A stretch of DNA of 64,000 nt, taken from NCBI GenBank assembly GCA_951406725.2, contig OX597816.1:29078001-29142000 (forward strand), written 5' to 3'. Shown piece by piece: positions 1-13,830 of this stretch; position 1 is the first letter of the stretch; each line of letters opens with the position of its first letter. Source of the DNA: Octopus vulgaris. Lineage: Eukaryota. The notes below the pieces were generated by a model. It ran no database searches. It was not told where the DNA came from and saw only the letters and a list, made by a program, of their open reading frames with translations. Position numbers and translations under genes: made by a program.

Positions 1-148
1 GCTTATAAAAGGCTTTTATTTTACCATTTCTTATTGCAAACCGCATTCATAAATAAAGCGTCCGGGATGTACGCTAAACACCGCCAAATTGTGTTCGTAA
101 ATATAGATTGCATTTTTTCGTTACTATACTGTATCAAAAAATAAAAAT

Positions 149-188
<40 letters not shown>

Positions 189-840
189 GAAATTTTGTGA
201 ACTCTGGTTTATACTGGCATGCATAATCTTTTACTAAATCACTCCCCTCTGTGATTGGCATTCCGGTTATGCTCCCTTAGTTCTTTTATATTCTCGACGA
301 TGAGTTCGTAAATATATTGCCAACCTAAATATGTTAATACTATCCTCGATCTATTGCAACATTGGATCTATTGCAACATAAATTCCTTCTAATTGAGTGC
401 AACGCAAACGTTAAGTTCTCAAAGATATATTAGTTGATTTAACTAAATGTTACTTACAATCCTCAGAGACTTTATTCATCAATGAAAAAACAAAATATTG
501 ATACGATTCAAACGGACGCTTTTCTTTCTGATTATTTGCAATCCATCTCCCAATGCAGCATAATGCGAGAATCTTTGTATTACAGTCAATACAGCTGTGA
601 GTTTCATGAGTTTTACGAATCGTATCGCAATTTACTGAACGGAGACTGATGCAGTTGGTCAGTTCAGAAATAGGCTATTCAGAGGCATATCGGGCTTTGT
701 TATGTCCTTTTTCAAAGGTTTTCAAGGATGCGATCTCAGGATTTCATTAGTTAAATTATAGGAATCGATGTTTACATTAATTTGATCTGGTTATAAGCGT
801 TTGCAGAATCTCACTTGTTACCAATCTCATATTCTATAAA

Positions 841-1229
841 GGTGGAGGCGCAATGGCCCAGTGGTTAGGGTAGCGGACTCGCGGTCGTAGGATCGCAGTT
901 TCGATTCCCAGACCGGGCGTTGTGAGTGTTTATTGAACGAAAACACCTAAAGCTTCACGAGGCTCCGGCAGGGGATGGTGGTGATCCCTGCTGTACTCTT
1001 TCACCACAACTTTCTCTCACTCTTACTTCCTGTTTCTGTTGTACCTGTATTTCAAAGGGCCGGCCTTGTCACTCTCTGTTTCACGCTGAATATCCCCGAG
1101 AACTACGTTAAGGGTACACGTGTCTGTGGAGTGCTCAGCCACTTACACGTTAATTTCACGAGCAGGCTGTTCCGTTGATCGGATCAACCGGAACTCTCGT
1201 CGTCGTAACCGACGGAGTGCTTCCATCCA
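841..1229 (+). mobile_element. tRNA-derived SINE (family A), full length
   Basis: Head GGTGGAGGCGCAATGGCCCAGTGGTTAGGG...GTTTCGATTCCC with A/B-box-like motifs; 13-bp TSD TCATATTCTATAA at 827-839 and 1230-1242; close copy at 4936-5322. Confidence 0.92.
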
Positions 1230-2361
1230 TCATATTCTATAATATTCTCCATTTGCAACCAGAAGATAAATATATGCTAATGCATAGAATCATATTCTAG
1301 GCAATGCATTTTGAAATTCAATTAGCTGTTCAAGTTTAGTTAAGCTATTCACACGATGTAAACTACAGCATGCCTAACGTCAGTGGAGTTTATTCATTTA
1401 TGTAATTAGTGGCCTTTTATCAATTAGTGATCAATATACTTAAAACAATATCAATACACTTAACCATTTTTCTCTAAAAGCCCAGTAGTATTGGTTTATA
1501 TGGTCTTATATTAAGGGAAAGGAAAAATAAATTTTACAGAATATATACGGGAAAACTAAACGATTGTGCATAGTTTAGAAACTCTTTCACCAAGGTTCCA
1601 TTTTATTCCAAATTAATATATCTAAATTCTGTATACACAATTTCTAGCTTGTAAATAGGAACCATGGAAATGTGACATTTACTTCATTATAAATTTTCTA
1701 AACTTTCTGTTGCATTTTCTGAATCTAAACCTAAAATGCATTGCAAAGCTAAGTAATAATATTTGTGCACATATCACTTGCTGAAGATTAACTACTTAAG
1801 TGAAAAAGGTCAAGTAATGACTTCATAGCCCTCCTCTTGTATATACTATATAGGAAATTATGAAAGATTACAATATATATTATATGCTATATGATATAAC
1901 TATCGCATATATGAAGCACGGTAGGGTATTCAAAGAATATTTTATATCGGAAATTATATCGCACCGTACATTTTATTTTCACCCAAACATTTTCAAACAA
2001 ATCATCAGGTTCTTCTTTTCGACGAGAACAGCATTGTTAAACATCGTTAGGGTAATTTCCTTCACTTAAATGAATATACTAGATATATTGCGTGTTCACG
2101 TTACATATATCATTGAAGAATTTCTAGTTGAGACAACAAGGTGAATCACAGGAAATAAGTTGAAATAATACTCGGAATTGCTACAAGACAGCAGAAATGA
2201 AGGTGAAACTATCAAAAAGTGTTTTGTGCATATCAAGTGAAAGTATTACAAACAAAAGTGTAAAATTTCAGTAAGAAGGATGAATTAAAGATATATTTGA
2301 AAAGGAATGGTATTATCAAATGCTCATTCAAATATTCAGTGTCATTTTTCTCTTTCTATAG

Positions 2362-2415
2362 AATGAAAAGAATTAATTTTATAGAGGAAAAGCAGCTGCA
2401 GGAATTAATTGCATG
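2362..2415 (+). other. Candidate 54-bp host exon (phase 2-2; MKRINFIEEKQLQELIA)
   Basis: Strong acceptor TTTTTCTCTTTCTATAG and donor ATG|GTGAGT; only one open frame; no homology recognised. Confidence 0.3.
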
Positions 2416-3168
2416 GTGAGTAGAAATAGAAAAACAAACCGTCAGGAAGCAGATAACTGCTGATTATAATGTATTCGTCTAGAGATGGGGGTGGGTGTTA
2501 TATCTGATATTAATATCACATGTAAAACAAATTTCAATACAAAGAGGTGAATACTTATATATGCTGACAGAGACATGCGTGATCACATACACCCCCACAC
2601 ATATACACATACACGCTCGCATTCAGACGCACACACTCACACAAACATGCACGTACACACTAACACATCTATGCAATCTTCTAAGCATTTTGAGTACTTG
2701 CTAGCGGGTTTGGTGGCTTGTTCCAAGTCACTGTTAAATGAGTCAGGTGTAAAGTAGTCGCGAGCAGACATAGATAACCTTTTTGCTCGACCACGCTTAA
2801 GCTAATTGGACATCCACGATATGACAGTGGAAAAAAATCAAGGCTGTCTAGTAGTCGACTAGAACCAACTTCTACCAAATTAGGCTGAAGTAAAGGGATA
2901 ATAACGTGTATCGGTCTAGTACATGATGTTCAGATATATTTGTTGATCTAATTCCTTATTCTATCCTTGTAATTTACTATTCCGCCTATCATTTCATAGA
3001 CTGTTGAGAAAAAAAAAAAAAAAAGAAATCTTATCATCGCGCTAAAGCAAGTAACCTTAGATGCCAAGAAACTTCCTAAATAACCTATCTGTCCCTAATA
3101 ATTATCTTTACTGGAGTTGCAGTGAACTACATTTTATGTCTATTTCTTCTTTCCAATTTTTCAAATAT

Positions 3169-3170
<2 letters not shown>

Positions 3171-3260
<90 letters not shown>

Positions 3261-3300
3261 ATTATTGTTGTTATTATTATTATTATTGTTGTTAATATTG

Positions 3301-3388
<88 letters not shown>

Positions 3389-3416
3389 CATTATTATGAT
3401 CAACATTATTATTATT
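3171..3416. repeat. (ATT)n/(GTT)n microsatellite
   Basis: Direct reading; gives the poly-L/I/N ORFs. Confidence 0.98.
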
Positions 3417-3875
3417 ACGTGAGAGAGCAGTGCATGCCATCAAAGGGACAATATACGAAGCCCAATATACCCAACCTGACTACTCGTCTGATAAGGGTAC
3501 ACCAGGCACATGCATTACAAACATATGTGTACAAATGGTGATCTTATATCAAGATAACCAGCACATGACCTTGCAGGTGGAGCTCAGAATTATCTTCAGT
3601 TTGAGTATCTCATCCTGCTCTAATGGTCCTTGAATAGGGGTTGTGTAAGGATGTTGAACGAAACACCCATATTTCCAGAGGTGAATTATTCAAACTCCAA
3701 AAAATTCCTCTCATGACATGGCTATGATGCTCCCCATTACTTCTGCTTTTGATCAGAGATGCACATATCGTCAACCATCAAAGGACATGCTCAATTGTTA
3801 AAGTTCGAACGACTGACAAGCAAATCTGTGGTATTGAGCAGAATATTTGCTGTAGTCCATCTTTTATACCAAGAT
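3417..3875 (-). mobile_element. (TAA)n-associated non-coding retroposon, 5'-truncated copy
   Basis: Aligns by eye to 53855-54363; retains the GGCATGCACTGCTCTCTCAC end; (ATT)n on both flanks. Confidence 0.8.
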
Positions 3876-3886
3876 TTATTATTAAA

Positions 3887-3940
<54 letters not shown>

Positions 3941-3997
3941 AATGGTTGTTGTTGTTGTTGTTTTTGAAGTTGTTGTCGTTGTTGTTGTTGTTGTTGC

Positions 3998-4073
<76 letters not shown>

Positions 4074-4226
4074 TACTGCGGAATACATAGGACGTGTTTT
4101 CAAACGCTCCAGGTTCGTGCAGCTTAAATGATATACTTACATCAGTTTGGTGGTTGCTTTTTATTATTTATTTTTCTTTCAAGCTGTCAATAGAAACATC
4201 TGTATTCGGCCCACCAAATAAGTTCG

Positions 4227-4641
4227 CTCAAATAAAACCTTATTAACGCAAACAAATTTAGCTCAATTGAAACTAAATATGAGCAGGCGAAGAGACTTTC
4301 CAAAGATAGTACAAATGCCTAACTGCATCATAAATATCTTGGAGCTAAGCTACTCAATTTTTTTTTTAAGATATTGGAGTTTTCTTCAAAATATTTTAGA
4401 AATATTCTGTTTTAAAATTCTAACAAAATATAGATTGACTTTGTATATGTATATCAGTATCAAAAACCTTCTGTTTACATTATTTTCTCGTCCAGTTCAT
4501 TGTTATTCTCAGACGCATTCCACGATCTAATAACCTATAACCATTGACCGTTATAATGAAGCCATTTAACAATATCTCCGATGATTTAAGCCTCTTAGTA
4601 AATGACTTCGAAAAGTATTTACTATAAGATAAGTATATCGT
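4227..4641 (+). repeat. Local ~415-bp duplication, copy A (copy B 8042-8456)
   Basis: Near-identical sequence with about 5 substitutions; the same 87-aa ORF is called in both copies. Confidence 0.95.
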
Positions 4642-4935
4642 TTGATTTAGTCTAATCATACACAAATCAAAAAGATGGCGGAGCGCGTCTTGATAGAGTT
4701 GAGAAAAAAGAAAACTGCTCCTCCCACGAATCTTGTGCCTGCTGAAGTTTTCCCTCCCCTTTCTTCCGTTAGTGGCAATAATATAGGAGAAAGGGAGGAG
4801 AAAAGCAACACTGGAATAGTACAAAGTCCACTTCGTAGTAGCAGCAGCAGAACTAATAACAGTAACAGCGGTAGCAGTGACAACAGCAGCAACACTCACA
4901 GCAGAAGAAGCGGTAGGAGTAGTGGTAGCAACAAC

Positions 4936-5322
4936 TAGGAGCACTCCGTCGGTTGCGACGATGAGGGTCCCAGCTGATACGATCAACGGAACAGCTTGCT
5001 CGTGATATTAACGTGCAAGTGGCTGAGTACTCCACAGACACGTGTACCCTTAACGTAGTTCTCGAAGAGATTCAGCGTGACACACAGAATGTGACAAGGC
5101 TGGCCCTTTGAAATACAGGTACAAGAGAAACAGGAAGAAAGAGCGAGAGAAAGTTGTGGTGAAAGAGTACAGCAGGGTTCGCCACCACCCCCTGCCGGAG
5201 CCTCGTGGTGCTTTAGGTGTTTTCGCTCAATAAACACTCACAATGCCCGGTCTGGGAATCGAAAACGCGATCCTCCGACCGCGAGTCCGCTGCCCTAACC
5301 ACTGGGCCATTGCGCCTCCACC
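4936..5322 (-). mobile_element. tRNA-derived SINE (family A), full length
   Basis: Reverse complement of the 841-1229 family; TSD GGTAGCAACAAC at 4924-4935 and 5323-5334. Confidence 0.92.
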
Positions 5323-5644
5323 GGTAGCAACAACAACAGCGAAAGAGACAGCAACAACAGCAGTTCAAGTATTTGGACCTGGAGATCTCCATTTCCAGCG
5401 ACTTCGAAGGCCACATCTTAGTGGCGTTGGGCGTCAACGAAGAGCCCTCGACTACAAGACGACGACCAAAGTTTTTTTTTTTATCCCAAGGTCTGGGGCC
5501 TCCCGCCCCTAAGCCCTAGACCATCACCTAATCACCCTTATCCGTATTGTTGCTTAACAACAATAACAACAACAACAGCGATGGTAAAAGCAGCAACAGA
5601 AATAGCAAAATTAACAACAGCAACAGCAAAAAAACCAACACCAT

Positions 5645-5722
5645 CAGATGGGTAGTCACTTCGGCACATTGGGCTTTGTATAATTTACCCCAGTGTCATT
5701 TTATTGGCATGCAATTCTCTAG
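5645..5722 (+). mobile_element. 3' end fragment of the (TAA)n-associated retroposon
   Basis: GATGGGTAGTCA...TTTACCCCAGTGTCATTTTATTGGCATGCAATTCTCT matches the element end; followed by (ACT)n/(AAT)n. Confidence 0.65.
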
Positions 5723-5739
5723 CAATACTACTACTACTG

Positions 5740-5796
<57 letters not shown>

Positions 5797-5881
5797 ATAC
5801 TAATACTACTACTACTACCACCACCACCACCACCAACAACAATAATAATAACAATAATAATATTAATAATAATAATAATAA

Positions 5882-6550
5882 TATCTCAACAAGCATGATA
5901 GAGCTGCACAATATATTCACTGGGCAATCTTCAAAAACCTGGATTTGCCCCATGGAAATAACTGGTGGGAACACAAACCACCACCAGTGCTTGAAAATGA
6001 CCACATCTCACTCCTCTGGAACTGGCAGAAAGATAGATGCAAATAGGCCAGACATCATATTGAAAGACTTCAAACAAAGAACGTGCCTCCTCATTGATAT
6101 GACTGTCCCAATCGATATAAACGTATCTGTCAAGACCTACCATAAAACTGAGCAAATATAAAGATCTTGAAATAGAAATCAGCAAAATGTGGAACCTGAA
6201 GACTAAAACAGTACCTGTTGTCATAGGTGCCCTGAGAATGATAGCAAAAGGGGCTGATTGCTACCTAACTCAGATACCAGGAAACCCAAAAATGGCAGAA
6301 ATTCAGAAGATAGTGCTCATTGGAACTGCTCATACCCTACGCAAAATACTTTCTATGTAATCTCAACTTTTAAAACAAACATAATTTTCGTTTTTTTTAG
6401 ACATTCAGTAGTACAACACTAAATACAAAACCAAATATATGACACACTAGGCATAACAACAACATGAACTTCCAACCTGTTGTCTCTTGAGGTCTCTGGG
6501 TGAGACTTGGAGCCAACTTGTAAAAATATAAAGCAAAAGTCAAATATAGA
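5882..6550 (+). mobile_element. R4/Dong-like non-LTR retrotransposon, 5'-truncated (RLE endonuclease + 3'UTR)
   Basis: Frameshifted translation YLNKHDRAAQYIHW...IDANRPDIILKDFKQRTCLLIDMTVP...KYKDLEIEISKMWNLKTKTVPVVIGAL...RKILSM* (PD..D RLE motif); (AAT)n on both sides. Confidence 0.88.
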
Positions 6551-6555
6551 ATAAC

Positions 6556-6607
<52 letters not shown>

Positions 6608-6632
6608 GTATGCATAATGATAATAATAATAA

Positions 6633-6870
6633 TTGTCCTGATGTAGTACTAGGCAGTGATACTCATGGCTTCTGATCTTAACTGATTAGAGGTGTTATCA
6701 TATATGTTGTTTAGTCTTGGTATAAAAGATGGGCTACAGCAACTATTCGGCTCAATACCAAAATTTGATTGTCAGTTGCTTGACCTTAATCAGTTGAGCG
6801 CATCCCGTAGGGGCTGAAGATACGCGCATCGCTGATCAAGGGCAGAAGTAGTGGGGGAGTATCATAGCCA
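6633..6870 (+). mobile_element. 5' half of the (TAA)n-associated retroposon, ending at a (TA)n tract
   Basis: GTCCTGATGTAGTACTAGGCAGTG...GGGGGAGTATCATAGCCAT is the reverse complement of about 54125-54363. Confidence 0.8.
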
Positions 6871-6871
6871 T

Positions 6872-6947
<76 letters not shown>

Positions 6948-7185
6948 ATTATGTATACAATTATGTAAATTTTCAAATTAATTCGGATAAAACTGCATCA
7001 CTTGCAGGAGAAAATGCTCGATATGATGTCTCAAAGGAATTTAAATATTGTGGATCTGTGACCAAATCCGTGATATAAACGGTACAAAACTGAAAGATTG
7101 AGACGTAATTCTGAGAAGAATATTCATATTGCAATTAGCTTTTCAATCAACAAACAAAAATCGATGTTTTCTCTTCTCTCTTCAG

Positions 7186-7257
7186 CTACCGAATCATCTC
7201 GTGTTTTGTTATTTGACAACTTACAGCAAAAGATTTTCCCTTCAATATTGCACTTTA
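7186..7257 (+). other. Candidate 72-bp host exon
   Basis: Acceptor GTTTTCTCTTCTCTCTTCAG and donor TTA|GTAAGT; open in two frames (e.g. TESSRVLLFDNLQQKIFPSILHF). Confidence 0.25.
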
Positions 7258-8041
7258 GTAAGTGAAAGGATTTTCCCTTCAATATTGTACTCTAGGAAGT
7301 GAAAGGATATATTTCTCATAATGCAATCACCCTAAGTAACAAATATTAAGCAGCTAATGAAAGAATTTTCATGTGGTCAGCTACTTAAGCAATAAGTTTA
7401 GGGATCTAGAAATTCACAAGAGTCATGACCCTGCACATGGTTTTTATTATAGCCCCGTGTGCCAGTCTAGAAGACATTTACTTCTTACAAAAATATACCG
7501 AAATACAAACATACAAAGATGTGTGTATGTCGAAAAGCACTTGCACACACTCACACATGTATGTGTGTGTGTACTTAAGTATACTTCCATATTTGTATGT
7601 ATATGTATACATGATTTATTTATATATAAATATATATATATATATGCATATGCAGAGAGAGAGAGAGAGAGAGAGAGGGAAAGAGAGGGAAAGTTCGAGA
7701 GAGAGAGAGAGAGAGAGATTTCGGCCGTACCATCAACCAAAGCAATTTCTGTTATTGGCAAATGAAAATAAATTTTTAACGTGTCCTTCTGGAGAAAATG
7801 AACCGCATATACGAGAGAAATTCGAACTGGTATCGCACGTCTCATGCACTTGAGACATAGCTACTGTGGCAAACTTTTACATCGTTCTTATGAACTTTTG
7901 TTCTTAATCATGGGATGTCTGCTAATAAAGGAAACATAACAATAGTTGAACAAATATTAACAGTGGAATATTTTAAGTTTGGAACGAAGAAAAGAAAGTT
8001 ACACGTACATTTGTATACGCCAGAAGCAAAATTACTTCCTT

Positions 8042-8456
8042 CTCAAATAAAACCTTATTAACGCAAACAAATTTAGCTCAATTGAAACTAAATATGAGCA
8101 GGCGAAGAGACTTTCCAAAGATAGTACAAATGCCTAACTGCATCATAAATATCTTGGAGCTAAGCTACTCAATTTTTTTTTTAAGATATTGGAGTTTTCT
8201 TCAAAATATTTTAGAAATATTCTGTTTTAAAATTCTAACAAAATATAGATTGACTTTGTATATGTATATCAATATCAAAAACCTTCTGTTTACATTATTT
8301 TCTCGTCCAGTTCATTGTTATTCTCAGACGCATTCCACGATCTAATAACCTATAACCATTGACCGTTATAATGAAGCCATTTAACAATATCTTCGATGAT
8401 TTAAGCTTCTTAGAAAATGACATCGAAAAGTATTTACTATAAGATAAGTATATCGT
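8042..8456 (+). repeat. Local ~415-bp duplication, copy B
   Basis: Matches 4227-4641. Confidence 0.95.
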
Positions 8457-9839
8457 ACTACCTTTATCAGCTTATGTATTCTCCTACACATTTTAAGAGA
8501 AAGATTCCTGATGCTAATTATTCTCTTATATTTTCTGCATTGTAATATTCTCTTCATTTATCTGATACATTCGACATCACCTTTAACCTGTGATAAACTA
8601 TTCATAATTGTATTCATAATAGTAATACGACAATAATCTAGCTACACACTGTATAAATTAAAATCACTTTCTAGGATAACAAGGGCGTTAGCTCAATCTT
8701 AGAATGTGGTCAAATATTGTAGTAAAATATAATAATATCGTAAATCGAACAATTCCTTATTTGCTGTAATATTTCCGTTGTCAAAGAAACGGTGTTGCTA
8801 CTTCATTCATTTCATTATATCATTTCTTCCCAATGTATCTTGATTAGCGGAATGAAATGAATGTATTGCATATTAAATAATGTTTCCTTAAATTTTATGC
8901 GAATCCATATACACTCTCTATAGAATTATGTTCGCAAAGAAATTCCTTAGGGCAGAATACATGCAAAAATTGAATATACATCTGGTTTATAGATCTATTT
9001 GCGTTATACGTTGATCAATGCCAACATAAAATTGACTTTATGAACAGAATGAATCAAAATACAAAGCGATTTCGTTACATAAAATCCTTATTATAATCTT
9101 CGGTCTTAAGAATTTGCATTTATTGTTAAGTTCATGAGATTATTAATTACGCCTTTACTGTATTTCCTAATAATTCTTTCACTAGAATCTTATCAGTTTT
9201 ATTGCCTTAATGTTCTTACCAGAATGCAGCTTGTGTTGTTGGGAGTTTTTGGCCATATATTTCATTCTCATCTTAAAACACTGAGTATCTAAGATATCTT
9301 TCTATTTCCCACAAATCTCTGTTTGCGACAACGCAAACCAATATAATTTTTCTATCAGTGTTTTATTCGACAGAACAACCTAGATCAAGATTATTTGTGA
9401 TCGAACCGTGATAATATTTTCTATTAATTTTTCCTGAAACTTTGAGATATGTATGTTCTGGGATTTAGGTGTTAATCTAGAAGAAAGAGAAATTCGAAAT
9501 TAACAAGCAAGCCTGGTTATAGTTAGTGAATGAAAGAGATATCTCTTGTTATTCTAGCTACACTCCAGGACAGATATACATGACTCATATATGAGTACTT
9601 AAATCCGTTCTAGCGTTACAAAAATCAATTTACTTTAGTGTATTGTTTGCGCGTTGTGTATATTCCATCTCATTGAAATTAAGCTACATGTTACTGCAAT
9701 ACTTATTATTTGATTTCCTATTATTAGTCTTAGGAGTACAAATAAATCCAAAGTAATCCGAAACGACCACCGTCTGCGACAATAAATTTTCCTCGAACTC
9801 ATTTGTAAAAGAATTATGTTGTTGACAGGGAACTTTAGC

Positions 9840-10900
9840 ATAACCAAAATGAATGTTATAACATTACTAGAGAGAGGAACACTGGAAGAACAAGAAACGT
9901 GCCACAGAGCTGGCATCGGGCATAGGGGTAATAGAGATGGAATATTTTTATCACCGTTCTTTATGAGACGTGACTGACAGAATATGGTAATGCCAATGAT
10001 ATTAGGTATACATGTATCAAGAGTGAGTAACCAGCAGAATCGAGTAGGCCACTCAAACTTTGCTCCGGGAGAAAGATAAATGAAAACGACTGACAATATT
10101 TTATCAAATTGTTCCTAAAGATATCTTTTATGAGACAGAATTATGAGAATGTCCAAAGAGAAATGAACGCCTTCTTACCATTAGTAGTATTTATACTTCT
10201 ACGATGAGCAATTTGTTGTTACTACCACAGTGGTGAGCCCGAGAATGGGTAAAATTAAGAGATGTGCGATAATCATATTTGTAAACATGGCATCCGAAAT
10301 GCAATACAAATGGGAATATAACATCACTTCATGGCCCGAAGAGAGACGCATTATTCAAGACATTGTCTTCCAGCAGAGAAGAGCTGGATAGTGATTTGGA
10401 AGAGAATGCGCCCAAAGCACTGGCATGAACCTTGACTGCATCATAACTAAGCAGCAAGTCATGTTCGTATTCCAAGCGCACTGAAAGAACATTGCAACAC
10501 TGAGAGATAAATTTTCCGCTGAATTTTCCCGCTTCATGTCCGTCTTGAAACTGATTTTCAGCTTTAAGACCATTTAGCTAGCCGACGGGAGTGTGGTGGA
10601 GAGAAATGTAAAAGAAATTCTGGAAAGAAATTGCGAGAGGATCAGGAATATTGGAAACAAATTCAAACTCATGACGATCATCCTTCAAACCAAATGAAAT
10701 GGGACCTTAAAAGACAGAATTAGGAAATGGTGCGTAAAATCATGGTGAGTTGCGATTGAGATACACGATGATGCCAAACGCAACCTGTTTAAACAAATCA
10801 TTGAGATGGATAGCTAGATTACAGTAGCGCAAAAGAACTGTAGACATCTGAGATAAGAGTATCACGGTGCCACTCACAAGTTTACACTTAGACTATCTAC
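9840..10900 (+). mobile_element. Highly decayed RTE-type LINE, AP-endonuclease region
   Basis: Broken frames give remnants such as LTISSIYTSTM, CKHGI.KCNTNG, DIVFQQR and KHWH.LDCIIT, resembling RTE/BovB APE motifs. Confidence 0.55.
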
Positions 10901-11848
10901 GACTCCCTATGATAGCTAACACCTTAAAATGCACGAATGGGTAGAAAATCTATGATATTATAACAAAATTTTACAAGACACTTTTACTGTCGAAAGTGGA
11001 TACAGATATAATGCCAATTTATTTATAATGAGTTACTAAAAATTGTGATTAATCAAAAAACAAGGTTGAGGGTTTAGTGAATACGAGACTGATACTCCAA
11101 CACTGCTCGCACATTAGGCATTTTTGAACAGAGCAAGAAATGAGGCGGAGGTTCTTATTTTTGCTTTCACTTTTCAATTCGTTTAATTTTGCTCTAATTG
11201 ACGTCAAATTTTGTATATCCATGTAGTTTTATATGCTGATTATGGAAAGGAAATTCATATTTGCCATAGATGAATAAATAAAAAGTTAAAAGTTTTTAAA
11301 ATCTACATATGCTGGGTAATTTTAGCCAATCGAAAGCCACAAACATATTGCTGCCTATATCCATAGTAAAATCCAAGGTATATATAGTCTGCTTTTATCC
11401 ATTTTTTTTATTGCTGCTCAGCCACGTTTAGTTTATCGTTTGGTTTTTCATGTGTTTTCCTGCCTTTGCACGTCCGTTGATGTCTGAGAGACGAACGGTT
11501 ATTTTATGTTGTATATTCCTGCTATTTCCGTAGTTTTTTTTCGTAATTTAACGCTCACTTAAATTAAAAATTCTTCTTTCCAGTGTTTGCACCCCTGTTC
11601 TAACATTTGAAATTACTTTATTCAATAAAGCTTATTAGAACTTCCGTCGCTGAATGTTTAGTCATCGAAATGTTGTCATCACGCACTAAATACTACCTTC
11701 ACAAATTCTGATCTTTCATTTGGGTAAAAAGTCTATCAGAATAGTCAGAAAACCCAACTGCATAAGAATGCATACATATTTACATCCATCCATACAATCA
11801 TGCAAATATACATGATACATAAATATATACATACATATATATATATAT

Positions 11849-11900
<52 letters not shown>

Positions 11901-11949
11901 CACGTACGTAATAGTGTACAAACAATTTACCTGTTTATACACAAAGAGG

Positions 11950-12124
11950 TGACCTTCGACAATACACCTTAGATGCTAGAAAGGGCAGTTAGATTCCAAA
12001 CCACGACTAAGGGCAATTTCAAAGGGAATGAAAATAAAAATATTTTTGTAGTTAGCCTCAGACTCAAGCTTCTGTATCAATGTGCAAAATAAATTAATTT
12101 ACCATCCGTACTTCTTCAGTGAGG
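11950..12124 (-). mobile_element. HHR-bearing PLE-derived short element, diverged relative of the 17.3-kb family
   Basis: Body resembles 17380-17470; degenerate HHR at 12056-12124: CCTCA-CTGAAGA...GAAGC-TTGA-GTC-TGAGG. Confidence 0.55.
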
Positions 12125-12502
12125 GCGCTAAAATGAATGCATATTTATACAGCAAACAGCACTGAAAATACACGTGGTACGTACTTATACATTATCATTT
12201 TCAAATCCACCGCGCAAGCACAGTTACTTTCGGCAATAAGTAATAAGGAAAATTGAATCTGCGTAGCAGAAAGGCTTTGAAACTATCTCTTTTCTGTCTA
12301 TCTCTCCCCCTCTCTTGTTCTTGTTATATATATATATAAACGGAGTATACAATAACTCATGAAAATAATATTAACGTTCAAGCTTCGCCGATTTAATCTT
12401 CCATAGCGATGTAAAATTCAAGGGTACAATATAATTTAATAGTATTGTTTTTACTGTATAAATAGGCACCAGTTTAGTGTATATATATATATATACATAT
12501 AT

Positions 12503-13244
12503 CAGTGGCGAATCCAGGTCATCAGCGTCACTCGGGCTCATCACAGATTTCGCATATGACACATGCCTGCTCCAAGACTTTCACATTTTCCCGCAATATT
12601 TCTAGACCCAAATGACTTATCTTTTTATCTAGCAGTATGTATTTCTCCATTTCTAAGGTAAGGGTAAAAATAAAGCCACCCTGAAAAACGCAACTGATCG
12701 CGATACACAGACGTACAGAATAACAACAATCAAATAACGAAGTGCATAACAAACATCGGGGATCCGAATGTCGCTTGTACACCTGACAAGGGATACCAGT
12801 TACTCATTTACACCTACCAGGCTCATTCGCATTAGCCCGTGTTGCTGGATAATTTTTCGTTCCTTTGAAAATATTGTAGAATGAAAATTTTTATAGATTG
12901 GAATTTAAATCGTAATCTCTATAGAAATTGATAGTTTCATTGAATTTGAATTACTTTTGATCTTTCTGATAATAAATAACAACTCGAGCTGTAACTTTGG
13001 AGTCCGACTCAGACGTGTGCGAACGGTGGTGAGATAATTTCTCCTACCAATAGTATTTTTTTTTATCTAGATCACCTCTAACATCACCACCAGACCCTGA
13101 GCGAAAATAAATGAACTGCGACCAGCTCAATAAAAGGACACCCAAGTCAGTGTTGGCAGAAATTGAATCTGCTTGCAGAAACACGTTCACTTTGCTAAAT
13201 TTATACTCGGGCTAAACCCGAACACACCGAGTGCCGGAGACTCC

Positions 13245-13248
<4 letters not shown>
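12503..13248 (+). mobile_element. Non-autonomous DNA transposon (hAT-like MITE) in a (TA)n tract
   Basis: Imperfect TIRs CAGTGGCGAATCC / GGAGACTCCACGG; inverted diverged copy at 37797-38293. Confidence 0.72.
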
Positions 13249-13302
<54 letters not shown>

Positions 13303-13830
13303 GCATACATAAATACATACATACACACAGGTGTATATACGTAGCAGGGGCTGTCCGATTGACACGTATAGACTGATAACATAGATATAACGCATTTTTA
13401 AGTAGTGAGTCACTATGATCGAATGATGTCTCCTTAATATGCAACAGCCTTATTGCCTTAGTCTAATGGCTAATTCCAGTAAAAATGAAATATACTAACA
13501 AGAATGAAATCGTTGTGACTGGAAGTAAGTGTAGCCAATATGTTTGACAAAACAATTTATAATAACTATACGATTAATTCTATGGGAAGAATTATAAAAA
13601 ATTCAAAATATTGGAAGCTGATTACTTTTAAACATTAAGTTAAATATGGACTGAAGTCGGGGATAAAATGTGGAGAATATAGCGTTAATTTCATATATAA
13701 TTCTCGTATTTGACATCATATTGCTGTTACATGATTTCAAATATTACGTAAATTGGCTCAATGAAAATGAAAGACAAGAGGACAACTAAAAGCTTTTAAA
13801 AATAACAAGTTGAGTAATTGTTTCAAGTGA

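Noticed and set aside
841-920. tRNA gene
   Set aside because: It is the tRNA-like head of a SINE with TSDs and multiple copies; the same applies at 5250-5322, 27574, 45200-45265 and 49710-49780
1775-1815. CTGAAGA...GAAA...GTC hammerhead-like string
   Set aside because: Stem I and stem III registers do not fit, so it is likely chance
4141-4183. Minus-strand mini-exon (LERKINNKKQPPN*) with good splice signals
   Set aside because: Stops occur in all three frames and no partner exons were found
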